NCBI GenBank assembly: GCA_040391235.1
Contig: JBEBYG010000020.1
Location: 1,198-65,197 of the forward strand
From: Cryomorpha ignava
Lineage (GTDB): Bacteria; Bacteroidota; Bacteroidia; Flavobacteriales_F; PHOS-HE28
Direction of reading: 5' to 3'
DNA: 64,000 nt
The notes under the pieces were generated by a model, which was given only the letters and a program-made list of their open reading frames with translations, had not been told where the DNA came from and made no database searches. Numbering within the stretch: position 1 is the stretch's first letter; each line of letters opens with the position of its first letter. A program made the position numbers and the translations under genes. Below, piece after piece: positions 42,983 to 53,174 of this stretch.

Positions 42983-43016
42983 CAGTGTAAAACGCCGAAG
43001 TGGCGCTGGCTTTTAT

Positions 43017-43556
43017 TCAATTGTTCACGATCCGGTAAATGCCGGGCAGGTTCCTTCCAAGTCCATCGTGATCCAAGCCGGATCCGACGACGAAAATATT
43101 GGGGATCTCCATGGCCACGAAATCCACTGGAATGTCCTTTTTATACACATCTGGCTTCAACAGCAGGCTGGCGATGGCGATGCTCGCGGGGTTCTTCTCC
43201 CGCAGCGCCTCCACGATATGTTCAATGGTGTTGCCGGTGTCCACGATATCCTCCACTATCACCACGTGACGGCCAGCGATGCGCTCTTGGAGCCCGATCA
43301 ATTGGCTTACCGTACCGCTGCTCACGGTGCCGTGGTAGCTCGCCACTTTCACGAAGGAGATCTCGCAAATGATGGGCAGGCGTTTCATCAGCTCTGCGGC
43401 GAAGTAGTAGCTCCCGTTGAGCACACCCAAAAAGAGCGGGACACTGTCCGCATACTTGGCCGCCACCTTCGCAGCTACGGCATCAATGGCAGCCTCCAGT
43501 TCGGCCACGCCGATAAAGGGTTCGAACTGCTTATCGTGAAGGGTGACCTTTTTCAT
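43017..43556 (-). CDS. hpt: Hypoxanthine phosphoribosyltransferase
   Basis: PRPP-binding motif VVIVEDIVDTGNT. Start at internal Met MKKVTLHD. Confidence 0.85.
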   Translation of the reverse strand: MKKVTLHDKQFEPFIGVAELEAAIDAVAAKVAAKYADSVPLFLGVLNGSYYFAAELMKRLPIICEISFVKVASYHGTVSSGTVSQLIGLQERIAGRHVVIVEDIVDTGNTIEHIVEALREKNPASIAIASLLLKPDVYKKDIPVDFVAMEIPNIFVVGSGLDHDGLGRNLPGIYRIVNN

Positions 43557-43686
43557 GGACAGGGGGCCGAAGGTAGGGATCGGAGGCAGGCGGGAGGAAA
43601 GCCCTTGGTGCATGCGTCGTACAAGGTGCTTTGAAGGGTCGCTCCATCCCTTTGATCGCTCAGTTGAGCCACAAATTCAGTGACCT

Positions 43687-44529
43687 ATGGATCGGTTCCC
43701 TACTTTCGGACCGATGCGTACAACGATCATCCTTTTGGCAGTGGCCTTCGCTCCTGTCACATTACGTGCCGGTGGGGAGCAGATCCCTACCAGTGCCCGC
43801 TTCGCCGGAATGGGCAATGCAGGGCTCACCTTGGTGGACCTCTGGAACGTGACCGGTAACCAAGCGGGGTTGGCCGGGCTTGAAGGACCAGTGGCCGGCG
43901 CCTACTACCAGCAGCACTGGCTTTCGCCCGATATGGCCATGCAAGGCCTTGCCTTTGCACTTCCCGTGGGCAAGGGCACGTTCGCGCTTAGTGCCAATTC
44001 CTTTGGCAACAACCTATATGCACAGCGCACCTTCGGCTTGGCCTATGCCATGAAGCTGAGCGAGGGCTTGCGCGTGGGCATCCAGATGGACTACCTGAAC
44101 ATCCGGCTCGGTGAGAACTACGGCAGCACAGGCGCCATAACGGCGGAGCTCGGGGTGCAGGCCCAACTCACCGAACACCTGTGGATAGCAGCGCACCTTT
44201 ACAATCCGAATCGGGCCAAGCTGGGAGGACCGTATGAAGAGCGGGTACCCACCATCTTGGGTGCTGGCTTGGGATACACATTCAGCGATCGGGTCCTCAT
44301 GACCGGTGAAGTCACCAAGGATATCGATCGGCCGGAGGCATACCATATGGGCATCGAATACCGGCCTATTACCGCGCTCTTCCTGCGCACCGGCGTAAGC
44401 ACCGGCCCAACGCGGGCACATTTCGGTGTGGGCCTGCGCATGGGGCAACTGGACCTGGACCTGGCAGCGGTGATGCGGTCACAGCTGGGCCTTACCCCGA
44501 TGGTGAACCTGAACTACCGCTTCAAATGA
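43687..44529 (+). CDS. PorQ/PorV-like (FadL-fold) outer-membrane beta-barrel protein, T9SS-associated family
   Basis: Signal peptide, ARFAGMGNAGLTLVDLWNVTGNQAGLA pattern (cf. R.AGMGGA...WNPAGLA in the PorQ/PorV families) and a C-terminal ...NLNYRFK. Confidence 0.45.
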   Translation: MDRFPTFGPMRTTIILLAVAFAPVTLRAGGEQIPTSARFAGMGNAGLTLVDLWNVTGNQAGLAGLEGPVAGAYYQQHWLSPDMAMQGLAFALPVGKGTFALSANSFGNNLYAQRTFGLAYAMKLSEGLRVGIQMDYLNIRLGENYGSTGAITAELGVQAQLTEHLWIAAHLYNPNRAKLGGPYEERVPTILGAGLGYTFSDRVLMTGEVTKDIDRPEAYHMGIEYRPITALFLRTGVSTGPTRAHFGVGLRMGQLDLDLAAVMRSQLGLTPMVNLNYRFK

Positions 44530-46703
44530 GGCGTGGTCTGGTGCTCGGCCTCGCCTTGTTGGCCTTCATGTTCTCTCTGCGCGCGCAAAACATTTCGCCC
44601 GAGCTGCGCAACATGGTGGAGCAGCGATTGGCCGCCATTGCCGAACTGCTGGGAGATGACAGCGATGTGGACCTCGCCGAGTTGGCAGACCAACTGCTGA
44701 ACCGCCTCAACGACCCGATCAACTTGAACCGCACCAATGCCGATGAACTGGGGGCGCTCCACTTGCTTTCCGACATTGAGGTGAATGCCATCCTGCAGCA
44801 CAGACAGCGCTTTGGCAAGTTCATCAGCATCTATGAACTCCAAACGGTGAACGGCCTTGACCTGGCCACCCTGGAGCTGATCCGTCCATTTGTGACCATT
44901 AGCGGCGAGGGCAGTTCGCACACGCCTTTGAAAACGATGATCGCCAATGGCAAGCACGAGTACCTCCTGCGCACGCAGATCAATATCGAACAACGACGGG
45001 GCTTCATCGGAGGTGGTGATCCGTTCAACAAGCCTTTCCACTATTCCAATGGCGCTCCGCTTCCTGATACGGATGACCCGGCCGTGATGGACTCCTTGAG
45101 GAGGAACAACAAAGTCTATCTCGGGAGCCCTTGGAAGATCTATACGCGCTACCGCTTCCAGTATCGCCGCAACATTTCGTTCGGCATCACAGCCGAGAAG
45201 GATGAAGGTGAGCAGTTCTTCAAGGGAACCCAGAAGCAAGGCTTCGACTTTTACTCCGCGCATTTGTTCCTTCGGGATATCGGCCCGGTGAAGGCGCTGG
45301 CCTTAGGTGATTTCCAAGCGCAGTTCGGTCAAGGGTTGGTGTTCTCCAGCGGCCTCTCCTTCTCCCGGAAATCGGCCTATACGATGAACATCAAGCGGAA
45401 TGCGGCAGGACTGGCCCCCTATGCCAGCGTGAATGAGAACCAGTTCCTGCGCGGTGCAGGCGTTACCATGGACCTCGGCAAGCGCTTCGAAGGCACTGCA
45501 TTCATCAGCCACAAGAAATACGACGCCAACGTGGTGAACGCAGCTGACACGGTGTCCTCCGGCACCGACGTGGACCTGGCCAGCTTCAGCTCTTTCCAGG
45601 AGGATGGTTTCCACCGCACCTATAGTGAACTGGCCAAAAAGAACGCCTTGGATGAACTGATCTACGGCGGCCATCTCCGATACCGCGGCAATGGATGGGA
45701 CATCGGCGCTACCGCCGCACAAGTGAATTTTGACAATACTCTGCTCAAGTCCAATACGCAGCCTTATAACCAGTTCGAATTCCAAGGCAATGCGAACACC
45801 ACTTACGGGTTCGATTGGAACGTGCCCTACCGGAACGTCACGTGGTTCGGCGAAGGGGCGCGAAGTTCCAACGGCGGCATGGCAGGTCTTACCGGACTCT
45901 TGGTGGCCTTGGACAAACGGCTCTCACTGGCCATGCTCTACCGGAACCTCGAACGGAATTTCCAAGGCTTGTACAGCAGCGCGCTCGCGGAAAGCTCCAG
46001 CCCTTGGAACGAACGCGGACTCTATACCGGTATCGAAATAAAGCCCAGTCGCCAGTGGGTATTCAACGCCTACTTCGATCAGTTCACCTTCCCGTGGCTG
46101 CGCTACCAGACCAATGGCCTGAGCGATGGGCATGAGATACTGGGGCAGCTTACTTGGACACCGAGCCGCAGGATCCAACTGTATGTGAAGGCCCGGACCC
46201 AATCCAAGCCACGGAATACATCGGAAAGCGTGGCAGGCGTATTACCGTTGGTAAATACCCGGCAGGACAACTTCCGCTTCAACGCCAGCTACCGTGTAAG
46301 CCCTGATGTGACACTGCGCACCCGCATCGAACAGGTGAGCTATCAGCGCGGGGAGGGTACGCCACAGCATGGCTTCATGGTGTATCAGGATGTGATCCAC
46401 CGGCCGATGCGGGGGAAACTGGAGTTCACGGGACGCATCGCGCTCTTCTCCACGGATAGTTACGATGCTCGCATGTATGCCTTCGAATCGGATGTGCCGG
46501 GTGTTTACAGCCTGCCCCCGATCTATGGGCGAGGCATGCGCTGGTATACCATGTTGCGCTGGTCCGTAGCCCGACATGTCGATCTATGGGCACGCTATGG
46601 CATCACCGTTTTCACCGATCGGGATGTGATCAGTTCGGGACTGCAGGAGATATCGGGAGATACCCGCAGCGACCTGAAGATGGAGCTACGCTTGAAATTC
46701 TAA
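44526..46703 (+). CDS. Outer-membrane protein with an N-terminal ComEA-like helix-hairpin-helix domain and a large predicted beta-barrel
   Basis: Signal peptide, HhH region (NRTNADELGALHLLSDIEVNAILQHRQRFGKFISIYEL) and a C-terminal Phe (…MELRLKF). ATGA overlap with the PorQ-like gene. Confidence 0.5.
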   Translation: MRRGLVLGLALLAFMFSLRAQNISPELRNMVEQRLAAIAELLGDDSDVDLAELADQLLNRLNDPINLNRTNADELGALHLLSDIEVNAILQHRQRFGKFISIYELQTVNGLDLATLELIRPFVTISGEGSSHTPLKTMIANGKHEYLLRTQINIEQRRGFIGGGDPFNKPFHYSNGAPLPDTDDPAVMDSLRRNNKVYLGSPWKIYTRYRFQYRRNISFGITAEKDEGEQFFKGTQKQGFDFYSAHLFLRDIGPVKALALGDFQAQFGQGLVFSSGLSFSRKSAYTMNIKRNAAGLAPYASVNENQFLRGAGVTMDLGKRFEGTAFISHKKYDANVVNAADTVSSGTDVDLASFSSFQEDGFHRTYSELAKKNALDELIYGGHLRYRGNGWDIGATAAQVNFDNTLLKSNTQPYNQFEFQGNANTTYGFDWNVPYRNVTWFGEGARSSNGGMAGLTGLLVALDKRLSLAMLYRNLERNFQGLYSSALAESSSPWNERGLYTGIEIKPSRQWVFNAYFDQFTFPWLRYQTNGLSDGHEILGQLTWTPSRRIQLYVKARTQSKPRNTSESVAGVLPLVNTRQDNFRFNASYRVSPDVTLRTRIEQVSYQRGEGTPQHGFMVYQDVIHRPMRGKLEFTGRIALFSTDSYDARMYAFESDVPGVYSLPPIYGRGMRWYTMLRWSVARHVDLWARYGITVFTDRDVISSGLQEISGDTRSDLKMELRLKF

Positions 46704-46713
46704 GGCCGTTCGT

Positions 46714-46932
46714 TCATGGAACCCGAGGGGGCATGGCCTCTTCGGTAGGTGCGGGGGGCACCACTGTGTTGTTGTATCGCTGGTAGACGACTACCGCGAT
46801 GATCGTTCCTACTACCAGAAGGAACAGGATGATCAGGAACATGGATCGCGTGGCAGGAGCATCCGTTTTTGCGGGTGGATGGAAGCCAACATTGGTGTCA
46901 TTCCTTGTGGTACCGGAAGTTGGGGTGCTCAT
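46714..46932 (-). CDS. Small hypothetical membrane protein with a C-terminal TM segment
   Basis: 72 aa with one TM segment. Its ATG overlaps the stop codon of the upstream Pro-rich ORF. Confidence 0.35.
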   Translation of the reverse strand: MSTPTSGTTRNDTNVGFHPPAKTDAPATRSMFLIILFLLVVGTIIAVVVYQRYNNTVVPPAPTEEAMPPRVP

Positions 46933-47303
46933 GAGGTTGGTTGTTGATGTACCGATGAAGATGTAAGTTGCCCAACTCGGCCCGTAGGCTTTGCTGGCTT
47001 GGGATCGGATGGATGCTCACGCGTTGGTTCCGGTGCTTTCCCCGGCTGGCTCGGCACCTCTTGGGGTGTCCTCGTCGGCGGTTGGTGCGCTGGGCTCGGG
47101 TCAGGCTTTATGCCCGGCTGTGGAACGTGTTGTGGCTTCCCTGGATCGGGGCCCGGTGTGGTGCCAGGTTGTGGAACCTGTGCAGGCTTCCCTGGGAGGG
47201 TTCCCGATCCGGTCGTCGTTATGAGGTCTGGATGGTTCATGGCCCTGTTCAATTCGTTGTGTACGCATGCGGATCGAATGCCACATTTCCCAATTACCGG
47301 CAT
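46929..47303 (-). CDS. Proline-rich repeat protein (hypothetical)
   Basis: PGKPAQVPQPGTTPGPDPGKPQHVPQPGIKPDPSP repeats, encoded by a tandem repeat of about 45 bp. Could be a fragment or frameshifted part of a larger gene. Confidence 0.3.
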   Translation of the reverse strand: MPVIGKCGIRSACVHNELNRAMNHPDLITTTGSGTLPGKPAQVPQPGTTPGPDPGKPQHVPQPGIKPDPSPAHQPPTRTPQEVPSQPGKAPEPTREHPSDPKPAKPTGRVGQLTSSSVHQQPTS

Positions 47304-47399
47304 GGGAGTTCAAGCAGGAGGAAATGCAATGAACATGAGGTTTCTTTCGGCGGGGTGATGTGAGGAGCCTCCTCCACGGATCGGGCCACCATCTCCCCT

Positions 47400-47846
47400 T
47401 CAACTATCGGAAATAGCCATATCCAACGAACGGATACGGTCCAAGTTCTCCATGAGCTTCTCTCGCTGCACCTTCAGGATCGCTTTCACGTCCTGCTCCA
47501 CCTCTTGGTCTTTCATGGCCTCATCGATCCTGCCGATGAGATATGACTCACCGCGAAGGCATTCACTCACCATGTTCACATCGTTCGTGTTCGAGACCAC
47601 ATCGCGCAGGGCGATCCAAACGCGGTGTAACGTACCCTTGAACGTACCTGAATGAGGCGGTTTCACTCCCCGGTCCTGTAACGTGTTGGAAAGCGTTGAT
47701 ACTTTCCCGATGCGGTCGTGGCTGATGCTTTCAAGCAGGTCCATTAGGCGAGGATCATCCGTGCGACGGGCTGTATCACCATAGCCCAGCTTACTATCGA
47801 TCAACAGTTCACATATCTCCTTCAGATATCGGTCTGTAGTTGTCAT
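47400..47846 (-). CDS. PA2169-family (DUF2383) four-helix-bundle, ferritin-like protein
   Basis: MTTTDRYLKEICELLIDSKLGYGDTARRTDDPRLMDLLESISHDR... This family is widespread in stress regulons. Confidence 0.6.
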   Translation of the reverse strand: MTTTDRYLKEICELLIDSKLGYGDTARRTDDPRLMDLLESISHDRIGKVSTLSNTLQDRGVKPPHSGTFKGTLHRVWIALRDVVSNTNDVNMVSECLRGESYLIGRIDEAMKDQEVEQDVKAILKVQREKLMENLDRIRSLDMAISDS

Positions 47847-48224
47847 GCCGCAAAATGCCCAAGCATTGTACCGCACTCCCGCGTGGATCAAATACTACCC
47901 TGAAAACTTCCGCCCACGCACAGAACTGGATTGATAGGAGGAAAACTGGCTTGTTTCCCGGCATTGGTTGATCGGGGAAGGATCTGCACGAGACATTACC
48001 CGATCGGGGTGCGCAGAGGCCCTGCGATGATCCGCGGAGCAAGCGTTCGATGCTACGGGACCGTGGTTACGGAACCAGCGCAACCACCACGAATGAAGCG
48101 ACCAAGTGCATTGGTCCGATGAATACACGCTTGCTGCAGGAGTGTCTTTCGGATCAAAGGAAATGCTGGCACCCACCTTGGATACGATAAGGTGCAATGA
48201 ACGGGCAATAGCACCCTGCATTCA

Positions 48225-48527
48225 ATGATGGATCGGAATAGCGAAGAACGCCTCACCCCTACTCAACGGGAAACGGACTTGAAACAGGAATTGCTTCGGC
48301 TCTTTCTGCAAAAGCGCAGGCCGATACCAAAACGTCCAGCACTTTCACGGACCTCCACGCTCATTGTTCGCAAGGAGTTCAGCCCGTTCTACTACGCCAT
48401 TTACGACCATGACCTGGCTCGTTTTGTGGAGCTACAATTCCGAAGCGTAAAGGATGGACCACTGCAATCGGTTCCTGTTCCACTGGGCATGCAACCACCG
48501 CAAGCTGCTCCTGCGGCGAGTGAATGA
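48225..48527 (+). CDS. Hypothetical small protein
   Basis: 100-aa ORF with no motif. Confidence 0.25.
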   Translation: MMDRNSEERLTPTQRETDLKQELLRLFLQKRRPIPKRPALSRTSTLIVRKEFSPFYYAIYDHDLARFVELQFRSVKDGPLQSVPVPLGMQPPQAAPAASE

Positions 48528-48560
48528 GCTGGACGATGAGCAAGGGCTCTGCCCCTGTTC

Positions 48561-51500
48561 CTAACCTATCCCCTTACCGTAGAAAGCCCGCATCTTCGGA
48601 GGCACGACACGGCGCATGCGTTCGATCATCCGTCCCTTATCCGATGGGGAAGATCCAGCTTCAGCTGTGCGTTGAAGCCAGCGCAGCTCCCCCCCATCAT
48701 AGACAGCCACCGGCGTGCCGTTGCGGTATAGGATGCGTTCACTGTTCCGTGATGCTACGCGCTCTCCGGGTGTGATCACACCGGTGAGGTTCAACGGATC
48801 AGCCGCGCTGATGGTGACCATATCGGCATCTCCTTCCGCGTGCTCTGCAGCTTGCATTTGGAGCGACTGCTTTTGTTGGGCACGCAGCAGTGGGATGGCA
48901 TTGGGCAGCGCGAACTGTTCTCCCCACACCCCACTGACGAACCGTCCTCCGCGCAGTTCGCCGCGGTCTTCCATGCGACGGAGCACACGCAGCATCTCCC
49001 GCCAAGGTGGTGCCGTGCGTTCGCGATGCACCAGCTTTCGGAAGATCACTCCATAGCGTAACAGCAAGTTGCGCGTGAGTTCTTCCACCTGTTCGCGCCG
49101 CGCTTCCTTATCGGTGAGGATCGGCGGTTCGAAGAGCCACCAACGGCCCGCCTGTTCCAAGCTGAACGGCATGGCCGAAGTACGGCGCGCACGACGCTCC
49201 TTCAAGGCCGAACGCTTGCCCGCAGGAACGAGCAAGGCGCGCAGCCCTGTGTATCCGTCCGCGCTGATGCGACCCTTGGCCACCAATTCAGATAAGCCCT
49301 CCTCCACCTGTATCGGCAGCAGGTTGCAATGCCGCAGCAGGTCCGTATGGAAGAGCGCTCCCCGATCGCGCAGCGCCGCCAGCACTTGTTGTGCAGATGC
49401 ACCGAGCTCCTCTTCTTCCGCAACAGCTCCTACGAAGAGGGGTAGTTGCACCCGATGACAAATGCTCAAGGGTGCATTCCGCAAGGAGGAGGGTGCGCCT
49501 GCATCGCCGGTGTAGGGCGTGAAGCGGCCCCAAGCCACCTGTCCGCTGAAGCAAAGCTGATCCATCCATTCAGGGGCATAGCCGGGCAGGCGCGTGGGGA
49601 AGATGTCGCTCTCCCACGCCACTGCCGGGGCCTCGGCACCTTGTAGCTTTTCGATCACTGCCAACAGCGCGTGTGGCCCTTCAGCCAATTCGGCCTGCCC
49701 GATACCGTGCCATCCGAAGAGGAAACGCATGAAGGCCGCGGGTGATACCGGCTCCACTTCGCGCCGCAACTTCTGCAACGTGTAACGGTGGATGCGCGCC
49801 AACAGCCGGCGTTCGCACCATTGCTGGTCGTCCACATCGGGATCGAAGTAGCCGCGGAACACCATGCCATCGCCTTCCAAGCGCAGCATGGCACCTTGGA
49901 TCAGCGAATCGTCAATGCCAAAGCGATCACCCAGATCGGCGCTGGTGGCGGGGCCTTCCACTTCCATACGCCCGCGCATCAGGTCCACCAAGGGATGCTC
50001 CAGGTCATGTGCCTGCAACACCGCTTCCGGAATGGCCACAGCAGGCGTGTATTCCGCAGGACCCGTTACGGCCAATACTTGCGGCAATCGTTCGAGCGCA
50101 CACCAGAGCAACGGCCTTCCCTCACGGCGGATGGCTACCGCCCTACCCTGCCGTTGCAGGTCTGCGAAGAGCATTCCCCAGCCGTGTGCCACACCTTCTT
50201 CCTCGGCCAGCATGCCGCATTGCACCAGCGTGTCATACAGTTCGTCATCGTCGGAAGCACCCGGCCATGCTTCCTCACGCACCATGCGCACCGCTTGGCC
50301 ATCCAGCTTGCCAAGGTCCTTAGCGGTAGCAGGATCCAACACTTGGCGCGTGCGGATGGCGCGGGTACGCCGCTCCTCCAAAGGCGCATCGTCCAGGAAA
50401 GCATAGGGGCGCGCGTGGATGATGCCATGTGCGAAAGGCGACGGTTCCCGCAGGTCCATGGCCAGCAATTCCACTTCGCCGTTCCGGATCTTACTCAGCA
50501 ATTCCATCAGGCCCTCGATGTCCATGGCTTCCGTGAGGCAGTCGTGGATGGTCTGTTTCACCAGCGGATGATCCGGCACTACGCGCTCCCCTTGGATATT
50601 CTCGAAGCAGGCGAGCTGATCAGGAAAGACCAACGCCACCAGGTCTTCGCTCTGCATGCGCTGCAATTGCGGTGGTACGCGCTTTTCGAACCAGCGGCGT
50701 TGCACGGCCAATGCGCGGGTCGCATTCCAGCGGAAGCGGGTGCCGAACATTGGCGCATCCAGCAGAGCTTGCACGAGCACATCGGTCACACTCTTCGGAT
50801 TGAGGTATTTCCACACGTCCTCCAAGGCGAAGCTGTGTGTGCTACCCAAGGAAAGGATGATGGCATCGTCGGTAGCCGCCGCCTGTAGCTCGAAGTTGAA
50901 GTTGCGGCAGAAGCGCTTCCGTAGTGCCAGTCCCCAGCCGCGATTGAGCCGCGCACCAAAGGGCGCATGGATCACCAGGTGCATGTCGCCCGCCTCATCG
51001 AAGAAGCGCTCCATCACCAATCGCTCGCGCGTAGGCATGGCGCCCAAAGCGACCCCGGAAAGGATCAGATGCTCGGCTACTTGATCAGCGGCGCGGGCAT
51101 CCACCCCTACATCGCTCATCAACCAATCCACCGCCGGGCGCTTCCATTCCTCATTGGCATCATCCTCGGAAGGCGAGCTGCCACGCTGGTAAATTTCTTC
51201 GCGCAGCCGGGCCACGGCAATGCTCATCTCCTTCGTTCGTCCGGGCGATTCCCCCAGCCAGAATGGAATGGACGGTGCTGCACCTTCTGCATCCACCACG
51301 CGCACCTTGCTCTCGTTCACGCCGAGTATGCGCCACGTGCTATTGCCCAATTGGAACACGTCGCCCGGCAGGCTTTCAATGGCGAAATCCTCGTTCAGGC
51401 TGCCGATGAAAACGTTCTCGGGCTCCGCGATCACATCGTAATCGAAGAGATCAGGAATGGCTCCCCCACTGATGATGGCGTTCTGCCGCGCGCCCTTTCG

Positions 51501-52952
51501 CGCCCGCAATCGGCCGGTGATGATGTCGCGGTGGATGTTCGCCCCGCGCTTGCCACGGCGGGTGGTAAAGCCATCGGAAAGCATCTTCACAGTGGCATCG
51601 AAGTCCTCGCGCTTCAGCTCCCGGAAAGGATAGGCACCCAGCATCACGCTGTACAATTCCGATTCGGGGATCTCGCCGGTGGATACCTCCGCCACCACCT
51701 GTTGCGCGAGGATGTCCAGCGGGCATTCAGGCATGATGATGGCGTCCAACTCATTGCGCCTGACAGCATCGAAGAGGGCCACGCTCTCCACCAGTTCATC
51801 GCTGGACAGCGGGAACAATCGGCCTTTCGGCAGGCCGCCCACATGGTGACCGCTACGGCCCACTCGCTGCAGGAAAGCCGCAATGCTGAAGGGATTGGCG
51901 ATCTGGCACACCAGGTCCACATCGCCGATGTCGATGCCGAGCTCCAGGCTGGACGTGGCTACGAGCGCCTTGTAGTGCCCGTTCTTCAGGTTCTCTTCCG
52001 CGTGGAAGCGTTGCTCCTTGCTCAGGCTCCCATGGTGCGCGCCCACGGCTTCCTCCCCTAATCGTTCCCGCAGGTGGAAGGCCAAGCGTTCGCACATGCG
52101 GCGCTGGTTCACGAAGATCAACGTGGTCTTGTGCTCCTCGATCAGTTGCACCAAGCGTTCATACACTTCACCCCATACTTCATGCGGCATCACAGCGCCC
52201 AAGGGCGAACCCGGCAATTCGATGGCGAGGTCCATGCGGCGTTTGTGCCCTGCGTCGATGATGGTGCACTGCGGTGTACCATCGCTCTTGAGATGCTTGT
52301 TGCCCACGAGGAAGCGCGCCACCAGCTCGATGGGCCGCTGTGTGGCACTGAGTCCGATCCGCACGGCGGGCTTGCGCAGCAAATGATCCAGCCGTTCCAG
52401 CGAGAGGCTGAGATGCGAACCCCGCTTATCGCCGATCATAGCATGCACTTCATCGATGATCACCGTTCGCACGGTGCCGAGCATGCGTCGCCCGCCTGCG
52501 CTGGTGAGCAGCACGTAGAGCGACTCCGGCGTGGTAACGAGGATGTGCGGCGGCCGGTCCTTCATCGCCGTGCGTTCACTGGCGGTGGTATCGCCCGTGC
52601 GCACTTGGGCACGGATCTCCACCTCCGGCTGGCCCTGTTCCTTCAGGATGCTCCGAATGCCCTGCAACGGGGCGCGCAGATTCTTCTCAATGTCGTTGCT
52701 CAGCGCTTTCAGCGGCGAGATGTAGAGCACGCGGAGGCTATCGTCCAAGCAGCCGCTGGTGCCTTCACGTACCAGCTCATCAATGGCCCAGAGAAATGCC
52801 GTGAGCGTTTTACCGCTCCCAGTGGGTGCGGCCACCAGCACGTTCCTGCCACTGGCGATGGCCGGCCATGCCTTGGCCTGCACGTCCGTGGGTGCAGGAA
52901 AATGTTGTTCGAACCAAGAGCGGACGGCGGGATGGAATTGGCGCAGGGGCAT
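48561..52952 (-). CDS. lhr: Large ATP-dependent helicase Lhr (DEAD/DEAH superfamily 2)
   Basis: About 1464 aa. Motif I AAPTGSGKT and motif II DEVH, with a long Lhr-type C-terminal extension. Start set at the internal Met MPLRQFHP. Confidence 0.85.
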   Translation of the reverse strand: MPLRQFHPAVRSWFEQHFPAPTDVQAKAWPAIASGRNVLVAAPTGSGKTLTAFLWAIDELVREGTSGCLDDSLRVLYISPLKALSNDIEKNLRAPLQGIRSILKEQGQPEVEIRAQVRTGDTTASERTAMKDRPPHILVTTPESLYVLLTSAGGRRMLGTVRTVIIDEVHAMIGDKRGSHLSLSLERLDHLLRKPAVRIGLSATQRPIELVARFLVGNKHLKSDGTPQCTIIDAGHKRRMDLAIELPGSPLGAVMPHEVWGEVYERLVQLIEEHKTTLIFVNQRRMCERLAFHLRERLGEEAVGAHHGSLSKEQRFHAEENLKNGHYKALVATSSLELGIDIGDVDLVCQIANPFSIAAFLQRVGRSGHHVGGLPKGRLFPLSSDELVESVALFDAVRRNELDAIIMPECPLDILAQQVVAEVSTGEIPESELYSVMLGAYPFRELKREDFDATVKMLSDGFTTRRGKRGANIHRDIITGRLRARKGARQNAIISGGAIPDLFDYDVIAEPENVFIGSLNEDFAIESLPGDVFQLGNSTWRILGVNESKVRVVDAEGAAPSIPFWLGESPGRTKEMSIAVARLREEIYQRGSSPSEDDANEEWKRPAVDWLMSDVGVDARAADQVAEHLILSGVALGAMPTRERLVMERFFDEAGDMHLVIHAPFGARLNRGWGLALRKRFCRNFNFELQAAATDDAIILSLGSTHSFALEDVWKYLNPKSVTDVLVQALLDAPMFGTRFRWNATRALAVQRRWFEKRVPPQLQRMQSEDLVALVFPDQLACFENIQGERVVPDHPLVKQTIHDCLTEAMDIEGLMELLSKIRNGEVELLAMDLREPSPFAHGIIHARPYAFLDDAPLEERRTRAIRTRQVLDPATAKDLGKLDGQAVRMVREEAWPGASDDDELYDTLVQCGMLAEEEGVAHGWGMLFADLQRQGRAVAIRREGRPLLWCALERLPQVLAVTGPAEYTPAVAIPEAVLQAHDLEHPLVDLMRGRMEVEGPATSADLGDRFGIDDSLIQGAMLRLEGDGMVFRGYFDPDVDDQQWCERRLLARIHRYTLQKLRREVEPVSPAAFMRFLFGWHGIGQAELAEGPHALLAVIEKLQGAEAPAVAWESDIFPTRLPGYAPEWMDQLCFSGQVAWGRFTPYTGDAGAPSSLRNAPLSICHRVQLPLFVGAVAEEEELGASAQQVLAALRDRGALFHTDLLRHCNLLPIQVEEGLSELVAKGRISADGYTGLRALLVPAGKRSALKERRARRTSAMPFSLEQAGRWWLFEPPILTDKEARREQVEELTRNLLLRYGVIFRKLVHRERTAPPWREMLRVLRRMEDRGELRGGRFVSGVWGEQFALPNAIPLLRAQQKQSLQMQAAEHAEGDADMVTISAADPLNLTGVITPGERVASRNSERILYRNGTPVAVYDGGELRWLQRTAEAGSSPSDKGRMIERMRRVVPPKMRAFYGKGIG

Positions 52953-53174
52953 GCGGATCAGATGATCAGAAGGTCGGACCCCGATGCATATCGGGGCAGC
53001 AGAAGAAGATGACGGGAAATTTGGCGATCGGGCGAGGCTTAAGGTACGCACTGCGCACCTTGAAGTGTTGATTCATTGACAAGGATCGGGAAGTCGCTCA
53101 TAAGTACCATGGCGGCATATATGTATGCACTTAACTTCAGCCCAACAGATCCCTATTTACTCAGCATCCAAACC

